This document shows, piece after piece, positions 62,401-64,000 of a stretch of 64,000 nucleotides of DNA (position 1 is the first letter of the stretch; each line of letters opens with the position of its first letter). Source of the stretch: Felis catus (lineage: Eukaryota). Both the position numbers and the translations under genes were made by a program. The stretch covers positions 91,328,001-91,392,000 of the forward strand of contig NC_058368.1 of NCBI RefSeq assembly GCF_018350175.1, written 5' to 3'. The notes under the pieces are model-generated. The model saw only the letters and a program-made list of their open reading frames with translations. It was not told the origin of the DNA and made no database searches.

Positions 62401-63325
62401 TGCTCTGATTCTTACAAATCTCTTTAGTCTCTCAAAAAAAGAAAAGTAAAAACCTGGCCATTTTGAACCATCTTGCAGCTGAGCCTTGCTACCTTGATTG
62501 TACATTAGAATCACTTGGGACTTTCAGAACTGCTGATATTTGGGCCCCAGCTGGATTATCACAGACTCATTGAGGAAAGGACCCTCACCAGCACTGGGAT
62601 AGCCTTGCCAGATACACTAATTCTAATCTACAGCCTAGGTGTGATCAGTTCTTGAAGTCCCTGCTCATCTTGAGCGCAGTGAGGTAGGAAGGTGTCAGGA
62701 AGGCCCTGCTCTCAGGTGCAGCTTATGACAATGTACATAATGTTCCTCTAGGGAGTTGATCTCCACCCTTACTGCATCACTCAGAGTCTTTTGAAAAATA
62801 CAAATCCCTGCACCCCAGCACAACATAACAGCCCTGAAACACTTTGAAAAGAAGTCCGCTGTAGCATCAGGGATGAGAAGCTGTTCTGCATTTGAATTCA
62901 CATAGAGACATAATCCAAGAGATCACTGACCTTGCAGAGCAGTGGGAGAAGTGGACTTGACCACTTCTTTTGTGCTGAGAGGAAGCCTCACCCAGACTAG
63001 AGGGTGCCTTGCTAGAGGAGCCTTACCTCCCTCACTATAGACCCTCCACCAGCCCTTTGGTGTCCCTAGTGCCCCCTAGTGGCATCTGGTACCTCCCACA
63101 GGTCTCAGGGGAAGGGGTGGGGACCAGGAATTGCATTGGAATTTCCTAAGTGTGGGTTGAGATCAATGACAGATTGGGGGGGGGGGGGCGGGGACATCCT
63201 ATAAGGGGTCACAGTCTGGATGGCCTCTATGCACAGGGTGATAGACACCTCAGTCAGGGGGAAGAGCCAGCTTGATGAATGGCCCTGATCGGTGATGTGC
63301 AACTAACACAGAAGAAGCAGAGCTG
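59425..63325 (+). pseudogene. Copy B of the tandem-duplicated gene-like unit
   Basis: Acceptor CCCATCTTCCCTCTGGTCCACAG at 59424, followed by ~160 open codons (ORF 59472-59906 frame) and then stops and frameshifts; colinear with copy A. Confidence 0.4.
62490..62885. mobile_element. MER5-like (hAT-Charlie) remnants, paralogous to 55165-55785
   Basis: GATTGTACATTAGAATCACTTGGGA..CTGATATTTGGGCCCCAG resembles MER5A; recognised from memory. Confidence 0.5.
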
Positions 63326-64000
63326 CCGAGCAAAAGCCAGCTCCCTATACTAAAGATAGTGCAGAAGATTACTGTGCCTGGAGTATGGATAATGGAGGGA
63401 CATCAGCCTGATCTGATCTATCCAGTAGACAGACATGGAAGAAAGAAACTGCTGTCCTGGAAAGTTTCAAAGATTTTGGTCCACATACCAGGGACCATGT
63501 AAGCAGGGTCCCCATCAGAATGCTATGGCTGTTTATGGGGGTGGCCTTTCATACCAGGAGTTTTTAGTTCTACTGTAGAAAGACCAGTTCATACTAAGTA
63601 TTTATGTTCTAGGATTTCAATGTTTCTGCTTAAGTTGAAGCTGTGAGTGAGGGATAAAAGGAATTCAGGAATTGTTCCTTATGAGGAGATGCTGTGGGCC
63701 CTCCCATGTGACCTACAAGGAACATCCTAAGGTCCCTGAGGAGACCCCTGCCCCCTTAGCTGTCCATGGTATCTCCATACCTATTTCCTGCCTCTTCCCC
63801 AGCAGACCCCACCCGAGAGGCAGTCAGCCACTCTGATGACTATTCTGACCCTGACTTTAAGACAAGTTGAACATTGAACCCCACTGCACTTCACAAGGGA
63901 GGTCATGGCCCCAAACCCAACAGAATGAAAGTAAGATATATAATTGAACAAGACAACATCTAATTCTTGGTTTTGTCTGGGGCTTGGGGAGTGGGGAACA

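Overview
Mammalian nuclear DNA from a carnivore, most likely a felid: it has about 45 tRNA-derived CAN-SINEs, many with the young feline-type head GGGGCGCCTGGGTGGCGCAGTCGGTTAAGCGTCCGACTTCAGCCAGG, plus young feline-type L1 3' ends. Bases 1-51.5 kb are mostly nested retroelement remains (several L1 generations, SINE stacks, MIR, MaLR, a Tigger2 DNA transposon, a solo LTR) with small unique islands. Bases 52-64 kb are repeat-poor (two SINEs, a second solo LTR, MER5-like remnants) and contain two old, diverged direct copies of a gene-like unit with splice-site-bounded, stop-interrupted exon candidates whose family I could not identify. I found no intact protein-coding gene; most listed ORFs are L1 fragments or SINE/microsatellite read-through. 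The best-supported unusual items are: a 25-nt tailless U6 snRNA retrocopy with a perfect 15-bp TSD; a retrocopied mRNA 3'UTR; an L1 that looks spliced within its 5'UTR; a twin-primed L1 at an apparent deletion; SINEs repeatedly inserted at the same site; a locally templated 155-bp insertion; and the tandem gene-like duplication. Repeat subfamily names come from my recall of consensus sequences, not from a search, and boundaries are approximate. I cannot demonstrate a new biological system here.
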